Source: Tubiluchus corallicola (lineage: Eukaryota > Animalia > Priapulida). Taken from it: a DNA stretch of 64,000 nt. The notes beneath the pieces are model-generated. The model had not been told where the DNA came from and did not search any database. It saw only the letters and a list, made by a program, of their open reading frames with translations. Every line of letters begins with the position of its first letter. The first letter of the stretch is position 1. Shown here in pieces: positions 39,745-52,737 of the stretch. A program made the position numbers and the translations under genes. Where the stretch lies: the NCBI GenBank assembly GCA_030141605.1, contig JAQGDQ010000469.1:1-64000 (forward strand), written 5' to 3'.

Positions 39745-41175
39745 TTTAATATTATCTTAATAATAGCATTGTTTCTTTTAAGTGTTACTGTGCGTTATAA
39801 ATTTGTTTGTATTGTTGCTCAAGCAGTATATGTTGTCAGTTGTCACGTGTTTAAAAACCGTATATGGGCATAATCTTAAACTGAGACAATTTAGGCTATT
39901 AGCAAGCAAAAAATATTTCTTTTGTTTAGAATTTTATCAAGTTTATGTATTAATTTTCGTATGTCTGTTTGTTTAAAATTACAACTACAACATTAAATTT
40001 GCACATGTTTGTTTCGTTTTGCACAGTATTAAAAGTGTGGCTTAAAATTTTTTAACTTTGCAGCACCCCACTAATGTTAGCTATGAACCACCACTGTGCA
40101 TTTTGCTTTTGAGAATGCGCATTTTGAACACAAACAGAGCTTCATGGCCGTCATTGCAGTCACAAGTGTATCTATTAACTAGATTGTGAAACGTGCCATT
40201 ATGACAAGGTTCTGGTGAGTATTCATCGATGTCTAAAAATTCAAAACACACAATTAGTGGTTTTTTTGTAAAAAATAACAGTCTTTACAATCGTTAAAGT
40301 TTGCAAATGGCAATCAAATGCCATTTTATTACAAATGGCCGGTCTTAGTCACATATAACTAGAACTAGTAGCATAAATAAAAGCAGAAATAAAGATGAAG
40401 TTGCCAATAATTATGCTGTAAAAACAAAAAAAGTTGAAATATTTGCCAAATTACAAAATTGTATTAGGGATACCCATTGTATGTGCCAGTTCAGGAAATT
40501 TGTCTATCAAAACCTCGGACGATAGTGTTTCTATATAATTATAAATACATTATTTCAAAAAAATGCTGCAAATTGTTTTTATGATATTAATCTAGCAACC
40601 TACGACACTTACAGGTAATCTGAAGCACCATATTCCTTGGGGATAATGCAAAAACAAAATATGGGTAGTCGGACGAGTCCTAAGATGAAATAAATAGATG
40701 ATATGAATTACACTATGAGGAATTGATTGATTCCTATATGAACACCATCTAATGTTAATCGAGTGCGAGAGTTTTTTTATGAACGAAGTAAAGATTAGTT
40801 ACCAATTACTCTCGACTACTGACATACGGCATTTAATAAGGTATAATCTTTATCCATGGACTTTCATTTTTAATGAAATATAATTATTCTTAATGGCAAC
40901 TTACAGTTGAAAAACGAGAAGTTATCTTGTGATTGTGCTATGAATTTGACCTTCTCAATATTTAAGAGAAAGATCTCTCCGGGTAGAATTTCTCCAATAT
41001 TCGCACCATGCCCAGCATGGCAAAAGGGGTGAGACGACGGACGAAGATGACGGTATCCTGTAAACAAAAGGGAAAGGTTATAAAAGCTTATCATCAATTA
41101 TAATTTATACTCGTAAACTAGCATCGTTCATCAAAACTTACGCCTTCTTTGGGAACCCTCCCATAGATCAACTAA

Positions 41176-41626
41176 AACTTCATCAGCTGTTAATGGCGTT
41201 AATTGACTTTGTTCACTAGGAGAAAAAGGGGCTCGCAAAGGGGAAAACGTGATATCTTTAGGAGAAGGTAACTGGTATCGTAATATGAAGTGGTATTTAA
41301 AGGTTCTGGGTTAGGAGAAATTTGTCGGCGGACTAAATCGAAATTTATAATCGTAGCTCTCATGGACCTTTTGAATTACAGTGGAGATTATATCTTCCGA
41401 TTAGTGCAAAAGAAGGAAAGAATAAAAGGAAATTTTCTTTTCTTTATTATAGCCTTGATTGTGTATCTGAACAAATTTTTCCTAAACCAGAACTTTCAAA
41501 TACCACTTCGCCTCCATATTATGATACCAGTTTACCAACTCATAAAGATACCACGCTTTCCCCTTTGCGAACCCCTTTTTCTCCTAGTGAATAAAGTCAA
41601 TTAACGCCACTAACTGCTGACGAGTT
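41176..41626. mobile_element. MITE with long (>80 bp) terminal inverted repeats
   Basis: TGGCGTTAATTGACTTTGTTCACTAGGAGAAAAAGGGG... versus ...CCCCTTTTTCTCCTAGTGAATAAAGTCAATTAACGCCA. Confidence 0.85.
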
Positions 41627-42529
41627 CTTCGCGTTTCTAACTGCCTCACCTCCACCTTTGAGTACCCTACTATATGTAAATTATTAACTTCGAAGACAGC
41701 GTCAGAGTTAGGGTTGCACATTAAATCTGTGTGAGTTGCGGCCGAAACAGTCCAACACCATAAGGTCAGCCGAGTTATCTCCAGGTATGCTCACATTTAT
41801 GGCATGCTTGACGTCCTATAAAAAGAGAAAAATTTCATGTCATGTCAACTACTTGGCAATTCTTGACTTCTTGACGGTTGAGGAAGGCTAATAGGAAGGT
41901 CAACCGCGGGAAAGTCAACTCGTCTCCGACCGCCTCAAACCATGCTTTTTGAATTTGTTGTCGCGGTGATACATTAGGGCAGCAGATTCAGTTCTTGCTG
42001 AACTTTCTTTTCGTTTCTGCCAAAAGGTAATGTTTAATTAGTTTATAACTAACATACAATTTATTATTTAATTCGGAGAAAGCTGATTATAAGCGTTCAG
42101 AGCGCAGACGCTAGTTTAATGATGGATTATGACCAAATAAGGGTGACTCAGTTGTCCATGCGCAGAGTCTTTTTCGACATGAACCCGGTGTTTTCATAGG
42201 TGGTTATGCTGCTGTTAACGAACAACGAACGGAGGGGTATCGATCATGCTGGCTTCTACCATCAATTGTGTTGGTGTACCTCATGCCGCATCTCTCTACC
42301 ATAAGTAATGTACGAATTCCTTGCCTGTCTTACATTAATAAACCTTCCTGCATGTGTCAGAGAGTGTAAGAAAGCAGTTACTTAAAATTTAAATACTAAT
42401 ATATTGGGTGGTTCTAAATACACTTTTGTTAAAATTGTAAATTGCGATGAGTTGTGTAAATGTCTTAATTTGCTTTTTTAATTTTGATTTAGCAGAGTCA
42501 CAATTCTAATTACTTGAACTTTTTTATGG

Positions 42530-43600
42530 GCTATCCCATTAGCAGATCAAATTTCTGTAGCATCAAGAATTAATAAACAGGGAAAGAAAATAGGTGGCTT
42601 GCGACGAGCAAACGAATTTTTACATGACCTAGGTTCACACTTAAAAAGACACTCAAACGTTAACTCTTTAACAAACGTCAGCCCAGCAGATCCAACATTT
42701 GCCAAAGTTTTTTGGGCGAACTTGGTACCCTGAAATACCTTGGTTGGGTTGATAATATCGAATAATCTTTAACTTTAACGCCAACTTCACTTGCTTCTAG
42801 AGAGATAGCATACAAACATTGAATATTAGGAACCTTCTCCGGCGCAGCCGCTCAGTTTCTTACTAAGTTACTTTCTTACTTGAAAACAGCCTTTAATGAT
42901 TCGTATGCTAACAGGTTAGAAATTAATAAGGATTTATTGGATTAACCGTGCTTGACAACACAAGGGCGAGACCATTCAGGCTTTGGGGATAGGATAATGA
43001 AATCGGAAATGCAATCATATACCCAACATTTCAGTGATTTTTGGTTCAATTATTTACGTTATGTGTAAGAGTAGACCAAGTTATACAGTATTTAATTAGA
43101 GAATTCCCACGACCCTAACTCTTGCCATTACGGAAGCAGCAAATCGGGGAGCCCCTGTTGAAACGTATTAGTACCTTAGATCCTGTTTCCCAGATAATTC
43201 AGAACCAATGGAAATTGGTTTGGCTTCACAAGACACTACTTTTAAACACGTTACATTTATTTGCAGATTCCTTATTACAACAAGGGCAGGTTTTAACTGC
43301 TGTACAGGACTCAGTAAAAACTTTAAATAAAACGGCGGCTTCTTTAACCCAATCAAAAACTCCAGCTCGAGTGATTCGTGGCAAACAATTTACATCTCCT
43401 CATTTTAATAATAACCCGGACTATATAATAAAAATCGGACTTTTCCAAATGCTTCTTTTTTAAATAACGTTTCGACACTAATAAGATAAACCCCTATAAG
43501 TTTTTGCAACGAGCCCCTATCAAAGGGAATCTGCCGCATTTCAAATAGAGACTTGGTCGTGAAGATACGCTGTAGCCAAGATAAAGATTGTAAAACAGCA
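42530..43600 (+). mobile_element. Decayed LTR-retrotransposon gag remnant (Ty3/Gypsy-like)
   Basis: QHKGETIQA-(frameshift)-FGDRI near 42955-43000 matches the gag Q..GE....F..R motif; broken ORFs flank it. Confidence 0.4.
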
Positions 43601-43654
43601 TTTTCTTCTACTACATTTTAAAGAAAATAATGCATGCATAACTAGTTTTTAATT

Positions 43655-43915
43655 ATTATTATTATTATTATTTACAGGTAGGTCGATCACGGGGGAAGAG
43701 AGATGGCGATGCGATAATAATGATGCGAGAAAGGAGGGCAACGAATTGCAGATGTCGATACTCGTGAGGGGGGAGGGATAAAGAAATTCTGGCATACTTC
43801 GGATGAGAGCTATTGCAACGTAAACTGTTGCTGCACTGACAAATATAATAAAATTCTAGAGAAGAGGCAGAATCTTCCAAACAGATGAGGATGTCAATCA
43901 ACATCCAACATGACG
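43655..43915 (-). mobile_element. Probable LINE 3' end with (TAA)n tail
   Basis: Minus-strand ORF remnant ending SLFPR...K, followed by TAA repeats. Confidence 0.35.
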
Positions 43916-44585
43916 TAAGAGATGTGCTAATAATTCTATGTATGTAATTCTATGTATCAGTTCGAATTCGAATCGCATAGAATTTCCTGCTAGATCAATA
44001 CCTGTTGCCAAAGCTTCTAAAAAATAATCCCCATAAATATTTCATGTATTCGAGCAAAGATGGAAATAACAAACGCATTAAATGCCTGTATAATACTGTA
44101 TTGTTATGGAAACAATTTGATAATCTGTATTTTGTTGCGCGGTGCTATGATTAATATTTTTTTAGACTTTTAGACTTTTAGACTTTAGTATCTATGTAGC
44201 AGAAAGTGTTAGCATTTTAGGGAGGTGCTGCCATCTTTTGGTTGTTTGCCTATAAAAATAATTTACCAAGTTCTTAAGTTCTTTACTGTACTATCTATTT
44301 GCATACCATTTAGGGGGTTTCAACTAGAGTTAATGAGGTGTAACAGGAGTCCTGGCTGTTGTATGTTGAGCAGTGGTAGTTCAGGTTTCATACTCTGCTG
44401 GTAAAGTTCAGATTTCAAATTTCACAACGTAGTTTGTTAAGGCATGTTTGCTTCAAATTATATTTTGTGGTTTTTTGATTTACCTAAACTGAGGTTAGTG
44501 TTTTAAATTTAATTTTTGTTGTAGTGTGTTAAACCTAAGTGAATTATTAAGTTCTAAATGTTGCTTTTTATTTTTATTATTTCAG

Positions 44586-44747
44586 ACTGCAATTTATGTT
44601 GAAACCCACTCCCCTCTACACCGCCTTCACTTCTTTTTTTTAAGCACGGTAATAGAGGAAATCAACCTGTACCAAAGTGGTCACCATTTTTATTGAGGTT
44701 ATGGGTTACAACATGCAGACAGACAAACTGGTCAAAACAATTTTGCT
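44586..44747 (+). pseudogene. Probable N-terminal exon of pentraxin domain 1, frameshifted
   Basis: TTTCAG| ... |GTGAGT; reads YVETHSPL/TAFT and SPFLL/YG across frameshifts. Confidence 0.4.
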
Positions 44748-47583
44748 GTGAGTGATGACCGGCAATAAAGTCACGGAAAAAAGTCACAATTATTTTTGGC
44801 TAGAATTAGAGTTATTTCTTTTTTCCTGTGCCTTTTTTTCTGTGACTTTTTCTGTGACTTTTTCACCTGTGACTTTTTACCGGAAATCTCTTCTTCTTAA
44901 AAAACAGAATCATGAACAATAGCTGACCACCTCTTCTTGTACATGTACAGTGCAAGTGTAGAAATCTCAATTAATATATTACATTGTTACTTTATACAGT
45001 GTCGTATATTCAAATTTGAAAAAATACAAAACTTAGGACAGTCAGCGCATTTTTAATTAATTTTTGAAAGCATCTGGTTTTTCATGATGCTTCGTCTATT
45101 GGCAACATTCATCTATCTTTCTTATCTAAGTAAAAATAACGTAATCATGTATAAACTCACTTACGCAATATATATGGTATGTTTAAGTATAATTTGCACG
45201 CATGCGCTGTGCTGCTTGTAAGTTTTGAGTACCGGAGCAGCTAGCCAGCTAGAGCCCTGATTGGCCATTGCGAGGTTCACTCCCCCTGGTTGATTGGTGC
45301 TTCCAACTTTGCAAGTTATATAAAAACAACTATTTGATTAAGTTTAAAAAAGGTACAAATTATCCTAACGAGGTTATCTTTTGTACACTTTTATTCTTTT
45401 AATCAGAATGTCAACTTTTACTTGCTTTTACTGCCTTTAAATTTTGATAATTAATAGACAATTGAAATATTGGACATACAAGTCTGTAATGACTTCAAAC
45501 CCTTTTTTCCAGCTTTAATAATTTTATAATTTTTAATATAATGTAAAATATGTATTATATTTCATAATGTGTCTATACGTGAATATGATAATAATTTTTA
45601 AATATGAATATATTTAAAAAAATAAAAAATTAAGGTTAGCCCGATCAAAATATATCCTATTAAAATCACATTACATGCTTAAATTAGTTTGGTTATTCTA
45701 GCATTATTATATGTTTTCACTTTTGCTTCAACATATAACACTGTAGTAATCTTATTGCACGTTCAGACTAGCGAGTTTTCTCTCGGAGAGTAAACTCGCA
45801 AGTGTGAACGGATTTGCGAATTCTGTTGGCAAGGCTAGTTTTTGCAGACTCTCCCTGAGTTGTGCGTGAGTTGACACTCAGTAAAACTAGCGATAGCTAT
45901 CGTGTAAGCATATATGCACTCGTGAATTTTACACACCCAAAAGGACTTTTAATACGAAAGTTAAACTTAGATAGAAAAACTGGCTGGCTATCTTCATAAT
46001 TTGCCTACAGCAATTATAACTAATCTTTTTCTTTAAAATGTGCATTTATCCGTATTATGGGGAAGGAATAAATACAATTCAATACAAAACGAACGCTGAA
46101 GAGACAGTATTCAACCACAATCTCGTGTGGGTAAACTGGATGATTTATCACTAGGTTTTTGTGTAACACATATTACTAGGTTAGTTCATCACTTCATTAT
46201 TCTAACGACGAAACGATTGCAAGCAAATGTAGTGTTAAAAGAGTTTGTGGGTCACTTGTTTTTAAAATTCGTTAAAAGCTCTGTTTCCATTGCAGGAATT
46301 TAACATTTTTGTGATTAATATCGTTGATATCACATTATAGTTGTTTATCTCAGCAACTTATGATGGCTTCAGGATTGAGTAACAAACTGGTAAGTCTATT
46401 GCAGGTAGGAGGATCATTTACTTCAATGTTTTAAAGTTGCACTAAAGTAAAGTAATCAGTGAAACATTAATGATAGCTGGCTACGTTTAGATGATAAAAA
46501 CTGCAATTGCACTTAGACTTGTTTGAACTTGGAATTGTTGAGCTTGGAATGTGTTTTAGCTTCAGCAGATCTTGATGGAAATAAGGGACGAGCTGATCAT
46601 TCTCGTTCATTTGTGACGTTTTACAGCAGTTTGCTGGAATGAATTGCTCTTATGTGCATGTCGTAAAAGCACAATGTTTTTTCTTTGCATTAGTTTTCCG
46701 CCTGCATAATGTCTAATCCAATGGTTCCTAACCTTTTACTAGCCAAGTACGCTTTAGAAATTCAGCGATCTGCCGCGTGCTCCTTAACATTGTTTAGCAA
46801 TATGAGTTTCAAGAAAACATTTTTACTACTATGATTTAACTATACAAGCGTGATTTAATTGTACAAGCAAAACCGATAAACGAAACACCAAATTCAAGAA
46901 CAAAATACAAGAAAAAAGACGATCGGATGTCAAATCAGAAGACAAACTTGCAGTCGAACTTTGAAGTAGCTTCAATGGCCGCCTCATTGATGCGCTTTTC
47001 CGAAAACCGCCTACCCCGCCTCCGCCATCCGTCAACGCATTTGTTGTGCCAAACGTCTATCTTACATAATAAATTAACCCCGTTATAACGACAGGTAGTG
47101 CGCAGTGAATTACACAAAAAATGCTGTTGTGTGGCAAAAATAATGACCTTTTAAAAATACAAACAAATATGTAAAATAAGTATTATATTGCATAGTGTGT
47201 CTATATGTGAATATGAAAATAATTTTTGAATATGAATATATTTAAAAAAATAAAAAAATAAAGGTTAGGCAAATCATATGATGCTGCTAAATTCAGACTA
47301 CATTATGGTTTGTGAATTTTTGATTCATGAAAGATTAGATTGTAGTTACTAGTAGTTTTTTCAACGTTTATTTTTCTAAGAAAACATGAACGTTGGTTGC
47401 ACAATTGAACAAAGAATGCATTATCAATTTTGGCTGCTTTTTAAATTAAAGTAAAAAATCAGTTGTTTTTCACTTTCGCAAATCAGACCATTGCTTTGGT
47501 GGAGTTTATATTCGAGCAATTAAAACTGAATTAAAAAGTTGTTTATGTGTTGCTGAACAGGCCTACTTACTTGTTTATGTTTA

Positions 47584-48865
47584 TGTCGTGAATAAATTTA
47601 TAAATCAATAGTTTGGTGATAAATCTCATGCCTCCCTGATTTCATAAGATAAATTTATTGCTTGATAGAGAAACTCACCCTGCTGATAAGCACGGATTTA
47701 ATGCGATGCAAATTATTCCACAGGTGTGTTTTTTATCGTTTACTGAAGGTAAACAGGTGTCTGTTTAAGTGAGGACATTATTATTCTTTATAGCCGTATG
47801 CAGAGTTGCACTTAATTAACAAAAAGTCGGCAATAGGCAAATGTCTTTTGAAGATGACTTTATGGCCATCACCAAAGCCTCTACCTGCGCTCGAAGACAT
47901 CGGATGAAGAGAAGTTCTAAAGAGTCGTCGACGACGGGGAAAGATCCCACAGAGCAAAAGAATTCGAAGGCCACCTTGCTGATCGTAAATCGCATGGCAG
48001 GGGATACCATGGATCCAGGGATGTCACCTGTTGCCTGTTTACCGACTGGCGCGAATTTCGCAAGGTCAGCTCTTCAGGATATAAGCTCTGAGTTTTGGGA
48101 ACACGAGTCAGTCACGAAGTCACACACGCATCAGAGAGGAGAATGTGACAGAGAATCTGAGACAGCATCGTTTGACACCAGCGTGGAGAGTTCTGCGTTC
48201 TCAGCAATAGACTGGGCACTGGATCAACGAGAGTCTCATAACACTATCTGGAGTTGACCAAGTGTACTGGGTGCATTGTGGTCAGTCCACCAAGTTAAGT
48301 GATCTTAACACATTTGTATCTGAGAGTAACTCTGCATAACTGTAGTTCACATTGTATTAAGCACCATAAGTGCAGCATACTGAATAATTGTCAAGTGAAT
48401 TGCATGAGCATCTTTCTGGAGCTATACATTAATTGTAAACGCCTACAAGCATATAAGGGCAAATCTTGTACAGCAATCTAGATAGAGTAAATTCTGTAAA
48501 TGAATAAAGTCGATTCACTTTGACACGTTAAATAACGAGTTCTTGTATGATTAAGAGCGTTCAAAGTAAAGCAACACTAAATCCGAGATACGAACTTGAG
48601 AGATTCGCAGTGTATTAATTAACTTAAGCTCAACTGCGGGAGTGACGCTCGATAGCTTGAGGGAAGAAGACCTTCACTCACAACGCAAGGTCAAAGTAAC
48701 AGTCTTGAAGGACAGTATCATTGCCTGATAGACTTAACTAAAGTCCTCGGAGCCAGGTGATAAAATCACCTTGTAGTGAACAAACAAAAAGCGAATCTGT
48801 TAAATCAATATACAATCTATAGATATAAATCACGATTACACTATACGATAAGAAGCAACGTGATA
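47584..48865 (+). mobile_element. Solo LTR 1 (Gypsy-like), TG...TA termini, 4-bp TSD TTTA
   Basis: TTTA|TGTCGTG...ACGTGATA|TTTA; TATA-like GATATAAGCTCTGAG at ~48078; AATAAA at 48503; colinear with LTR 2. Confidence 0.8.
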
Positions 48866-49041
48866 TTTATGTTTGTGCTTATTTGTTTACGTTTATACAG
48901 TTTATACGTTTATAAGTCTGCCAGAGCTTCCACTGGCACTACATATTCTATCAGACACAAAAATTACAAAAATTGACGAAATTTAAACTTCTAAATCTGC
49001 ACCCTGACAATATGCTGTTTATTGTTTTAGGTCATTTTTAG

Positions 49042-50543
49042 TTGATCAATTTTCAACTAGTCCCGGGGATTTACCTGCAGCAGCTGGTTCGTGTTGAGTA
49101 TTTGGACAATTACAGGATGATCCAGGCGTCATAATGTGGTGAATAAATTTATAAATCGATGATTTTCGATATTTTGGTATGAAATCGCATGCCTCCCTGA
49201 TTTCATGAATAAATTTACAAATGGTGCAAGAACTCACTCAGCTGGCAAGCCCGAATTTAATGAGCTGTGAAAGCGTAGGATCCATGCAAGAAGTAAGATT
49301 TATCGTTTACTTAAGGACACCAGGATGCTCAGGATAATTAGCTAATATTAGGTTGAGACGGATGTACCATTTATTATAGCTATATGCACAAGTTACTCGT
49401 AATTAACGAAAACTCTGCGAGGTCACTGTTTTTTGATGAAAAGAGGACTAATGGTCTTTACGGGTTACGATGACTTCAAGGATGAGAGTTTCTAAAGAAG
49501 AGTCACAAACCTAAAGAAATTTGATGTCCTCCCTGTTGACCATAAAATAACTATTGCGTGCGACGTTGAAATCATACGAGGTTACTTTGTTAAGATATAA
49601 GCTCTGAGTTTTAATAACCCGGCGCTCTTTCCATCCTATCGCACTGGAAGAGAGACACGTGTGTGTGTGTGCGACGAAACACACGGAGGGCGACCTGACA
49701 CAGGAGATTGGGACAGCTTGAGAAGTTCAGCGTAGACATCTTTCTGCGTTCCTAGGATAATCTAGGCACTGGACAACGAGAGTCTCATATCAACTATTGG
49801 AGTTGGCCAAGTGTACGGGGTACATTGTGGTCAATCCGCAGAGTTAAGTAATCTTAACACATTTGTAAACTGAGAGTAACTGTGCATATCTGTAGTTCGC
49901 ATAAGTTCACATTGTACTATATGATAAGTGTAAAGAACACCTTAGGTGATAGAATTGAAGAATTGTTCAGGGAGATACTTTTGGGAGCTATACACTAGTT
50001 GTACGCGTCAAAAGCGCATAAGAACAAATCTTGTAAGCTACCTAGAAGCAGTAACTATTGTAAAATCAATAAAGCAATTCTCTTTGACATTTAACGATAG
50101 AGTTAATGTATAATATCAGGGTGTTCAACTCAAGCAACACTATTTCCGATATACGAATCTGATTGGTTCGCTTTAAACTAACTAGCGCTCATATTGCGGG
50201 AGCGGAGCTAGAAAGCTTGAGGGAAGTAGACCTTTTCTCACAACGCGAAGGTCAAGGTGAAGTCTAGATAAGACACGATCATTGCTTGCTAGACTAATAT
50301 CTAAAGCCCTCGGAGCCAGGTGAAGAATTCGCCTTATAGCAATTAGAAATTAAGCGAACATATTAAATTAAAATTCAATCTATACGATATATAGATTTAA
50401 GTCACCTTGCACTATACGATCAAGATTAACGGAAACATTAGGTATTAAAAACGGGAAGGTGATAATAACATCTGGATTCAGTTTTGTAGGCATGATCACT
50501 GGCATTACGATTGCTGACAGCAAACTAGATGCAGACGCAATAA
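49042..50543 (+). pseudogene. Pentraxin domain 1 core exon (49042-49134 plus 50469-50543), split by solo LTR 2
   Basis: Removing the LTR and one TSD copy gives DQFSTSPGDLPAAAGSC*VFGQLQDDPGVI-TSGFSFVGMITGITIADSKLDADAI, ending at a GTACGT donor. Confidence 0.8.
49135..50464 (+). mobile_element. Solo LTR 2 (Gypsy-like), TG...TA termini, 4-bp TSD ATAA
   Basis: ATAA|TGTGGTG...AGGTGATA|ATAA; these boundaries restore the host exon reading frame. Confidence 0.88.
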
Positions 50544-51263
50544 GTACGTGACTTTTGATAATTTTTCAGATCATTTGTAATCGATATAACCTACCGGCGT
50601 GTTGATACTAGAGACTCTTCTCGCGAGACTTCTCTCTTAGAACTAGCATGTACGAACGGCTTTGCGAGTTCTCTCGGTAAATTACTGCTAAGTATCTCAG
50701 AGTTGCTGAGAGTTTTCCTGCCAATTTCTTGCAGACAAGCTCTACTCACTGCGAGAACTCTCCAGAGAGAACTCTCAAGTTTGAACGCGCCATAATATCA
50801 ATCTCACGGTTCCAGCAGAAGAAGTAACAGAATTCTTTAATTGCCTTGAAACATTGGCAAAATTAATTAGTTAAACGACATAATTCTGTTTTTGTCTAAA
50901 TGGATCATTTCTCTTCATGTTAGTTAAAACGCAGTAATGTCTTTTAAGAAGAGCGAACTTAACTGATCTAAACAAGAGGGGACACAGCAAAAACATTTCA
51001 AAAAATAACACAGAAAATAAATAAAAAAGATGACCTTTCAGCCCACCTCTAGAGACAATTTCTTTCTGATGGAGCCAAATTTTTAATGATGTTTTGTGCT
51101 TTCTTCTTGTGCTTTTTGTCCTGTGTATTCCTGTTTCTTAATGATTGTGTTAGTTGTTTTTCATACTTTTTTGCTGTGCTTTTTGTATGACAGAGTGTTC
51201 ATTGCATAAGTCTTGAAGACGTGCTACTATTACCACACTCTAGAAAGTAGTTTGTTTTTTCAG

Positions 51264-51568
51264 ACATGCTGAGGATGTCCTGCTTAAATAGTGACCAATC
51301 TCATCTCTTCAACTGGGGAGATGCTGGTACGGTGCTTGTAGGAGGACTAGTCGAGATGCCGTCTACATGCCCGTTTCCAGAAACAGAAACCCGTAGAGTT
51401 TGTACGCTCACCGAGGAGCAAATTAACAAACTTGTTAACTTTATTGTCGATTCAGATGAACAAACAGATTTACTCTTTTACTTAGTATTTAAGAAACTGG
51501 AACAATTAAAGTATTATGACTCTAGTAGAGCTTACTACGGCAATAGGTGTGATAACAGGCAGAGTTAA
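51264..51568 (+). pseudogene. C-terminal exon of pentraxin domain 1 plus linker; 3' boundary uncertain
   Basis: TTTTTTCAG|, in phase with the donor at 50543; MLRMSCLNSDQSHLFNWGDAGTVLVGGLVEMPSTC fits the pentraxin C...W...GG...C tail. Confidence 0.65.
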
Positions 51569-52737
51569 ATTTTTGTATACCACCTCACGTAGGTTACTTA
51601 CTCCAAGTAACCCCGCGCCAAGTACTTACTGGCATTCTTCGTCTTGTTCTTGTCGTATCAAGATCAGATCTGGCAGGTAGGGTACGCTGTGAGGGGGGGG
51701 GCGTTAGGCGGTGTTTGCAAAGTTAGCAGCGTTGAGCCTTGTTCTATTCAACGCAGGATTTGTATGGTGTATGACTAATTAAGGGTTGAGAAAAGGGAAT
51801 TTTACAACATGTCTCAAAGAAAAACATGTCTTAAAGTTATACAAGTTAGCTTACGCTTAGCTGTTTGAAAGACTCGTGAAAATGGAAAAGAAAGTTCTTA
51901 ATAATTTAAAATATTTGTGCTCAGGGGTGCATCAAGACTTTATGACGCCACACATCTCTATTGTGAACTTATATTTCGGCTTATGTAATGAGCAGATTAA
52001 ACGATGGTGTATTAGAAACACTATTAACCTAGTCCCTCCATCTCATTAATAATTACATGTATTTGCATAGCCCTTATGGTCAAGCAGGCTGCGCAATTGC
52101 TTGTTGTGTAATAGCTTGCACATGTTCGTCATGTGGTACTTATATAAAAGCTGAACTGAGTAACTGCCTGTGGTGTATTATAAAATGCATCTTTACAAGA
52201 ATACGAATATGAAAAGACATACATTTTCCGAGGAGAATAAGAATTTTTTCTAAACGTCCCTCAAACTTTAGGGCCCTTACTATAACCTAGTTAACCTATT
52301 GGTTAATTCCCTCTTGTTCCCGCTACCTGGTAAAACAGCCCTGCATCGCCATTCCATTTTGCACCATTTCTTCACCAAAAACACATTATTGATCTTATTG
52401 ACAAAAATAAAGTAATTTGTACTTTAGCTTAGCTATTGAAGAGTGTGCTATTAATGCTCTGATTATTCTTTCGAATTTTACATAATGTCATCTAAACTTG
52501 TAGTAAACGACTTGCCATTACAATGGTTGCGCCAAAATTTACGTGTTTTATTATAGAGCATTGCTGTTAACGCAAGTTTTGTATCCAATAAGAAAGCATG
52601 TAAGTGGTACAAAATTTCAAGACGAATTTAAGCTTTATCCATGAAGTGTGTTTTCTTGCACTTTTTAAAACACAAACTAGCAAATTAACATGTGATCAGA
52701 TTAAAGTAAGCAGAATGAAAGAATAATAGCTGCTTTT

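Noticed and set aside
37397-39749. His/Pro/Thr-rich and Val/Trp/Cys/Gly-rich ORFs
   Set aside because: They are translations of a GTG-rich low-complexity tract inside Helitron units.
47841-48257. 138-aa ORF in LTR 1
   Set aside because: The frame is not conserved in the sister LTR, which has multiple indels and stops.
32905-49100. TGA at Trp-like positions suggesting stop-codon reassignment
   Set aside because: The same gene has frameshifts, TAG stops and an LTR insertion. The intact GPCR and sulfotransferase use TGG and have no in-frame TGA.
47584-50464. TRIM/LARD or single LTR element with a 270-bp internal region
   Set aside because: Each LTR has its own distinct TSD, the two are strongly diverged, and the spacer is host intron and exon.
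45755-50791. One 5-kb Harbinger element bounded by matching TIRs
   Set aside because: 50596-50791 has both of its own ends, and a host exon lies inside the span, so these are separate MITEs.
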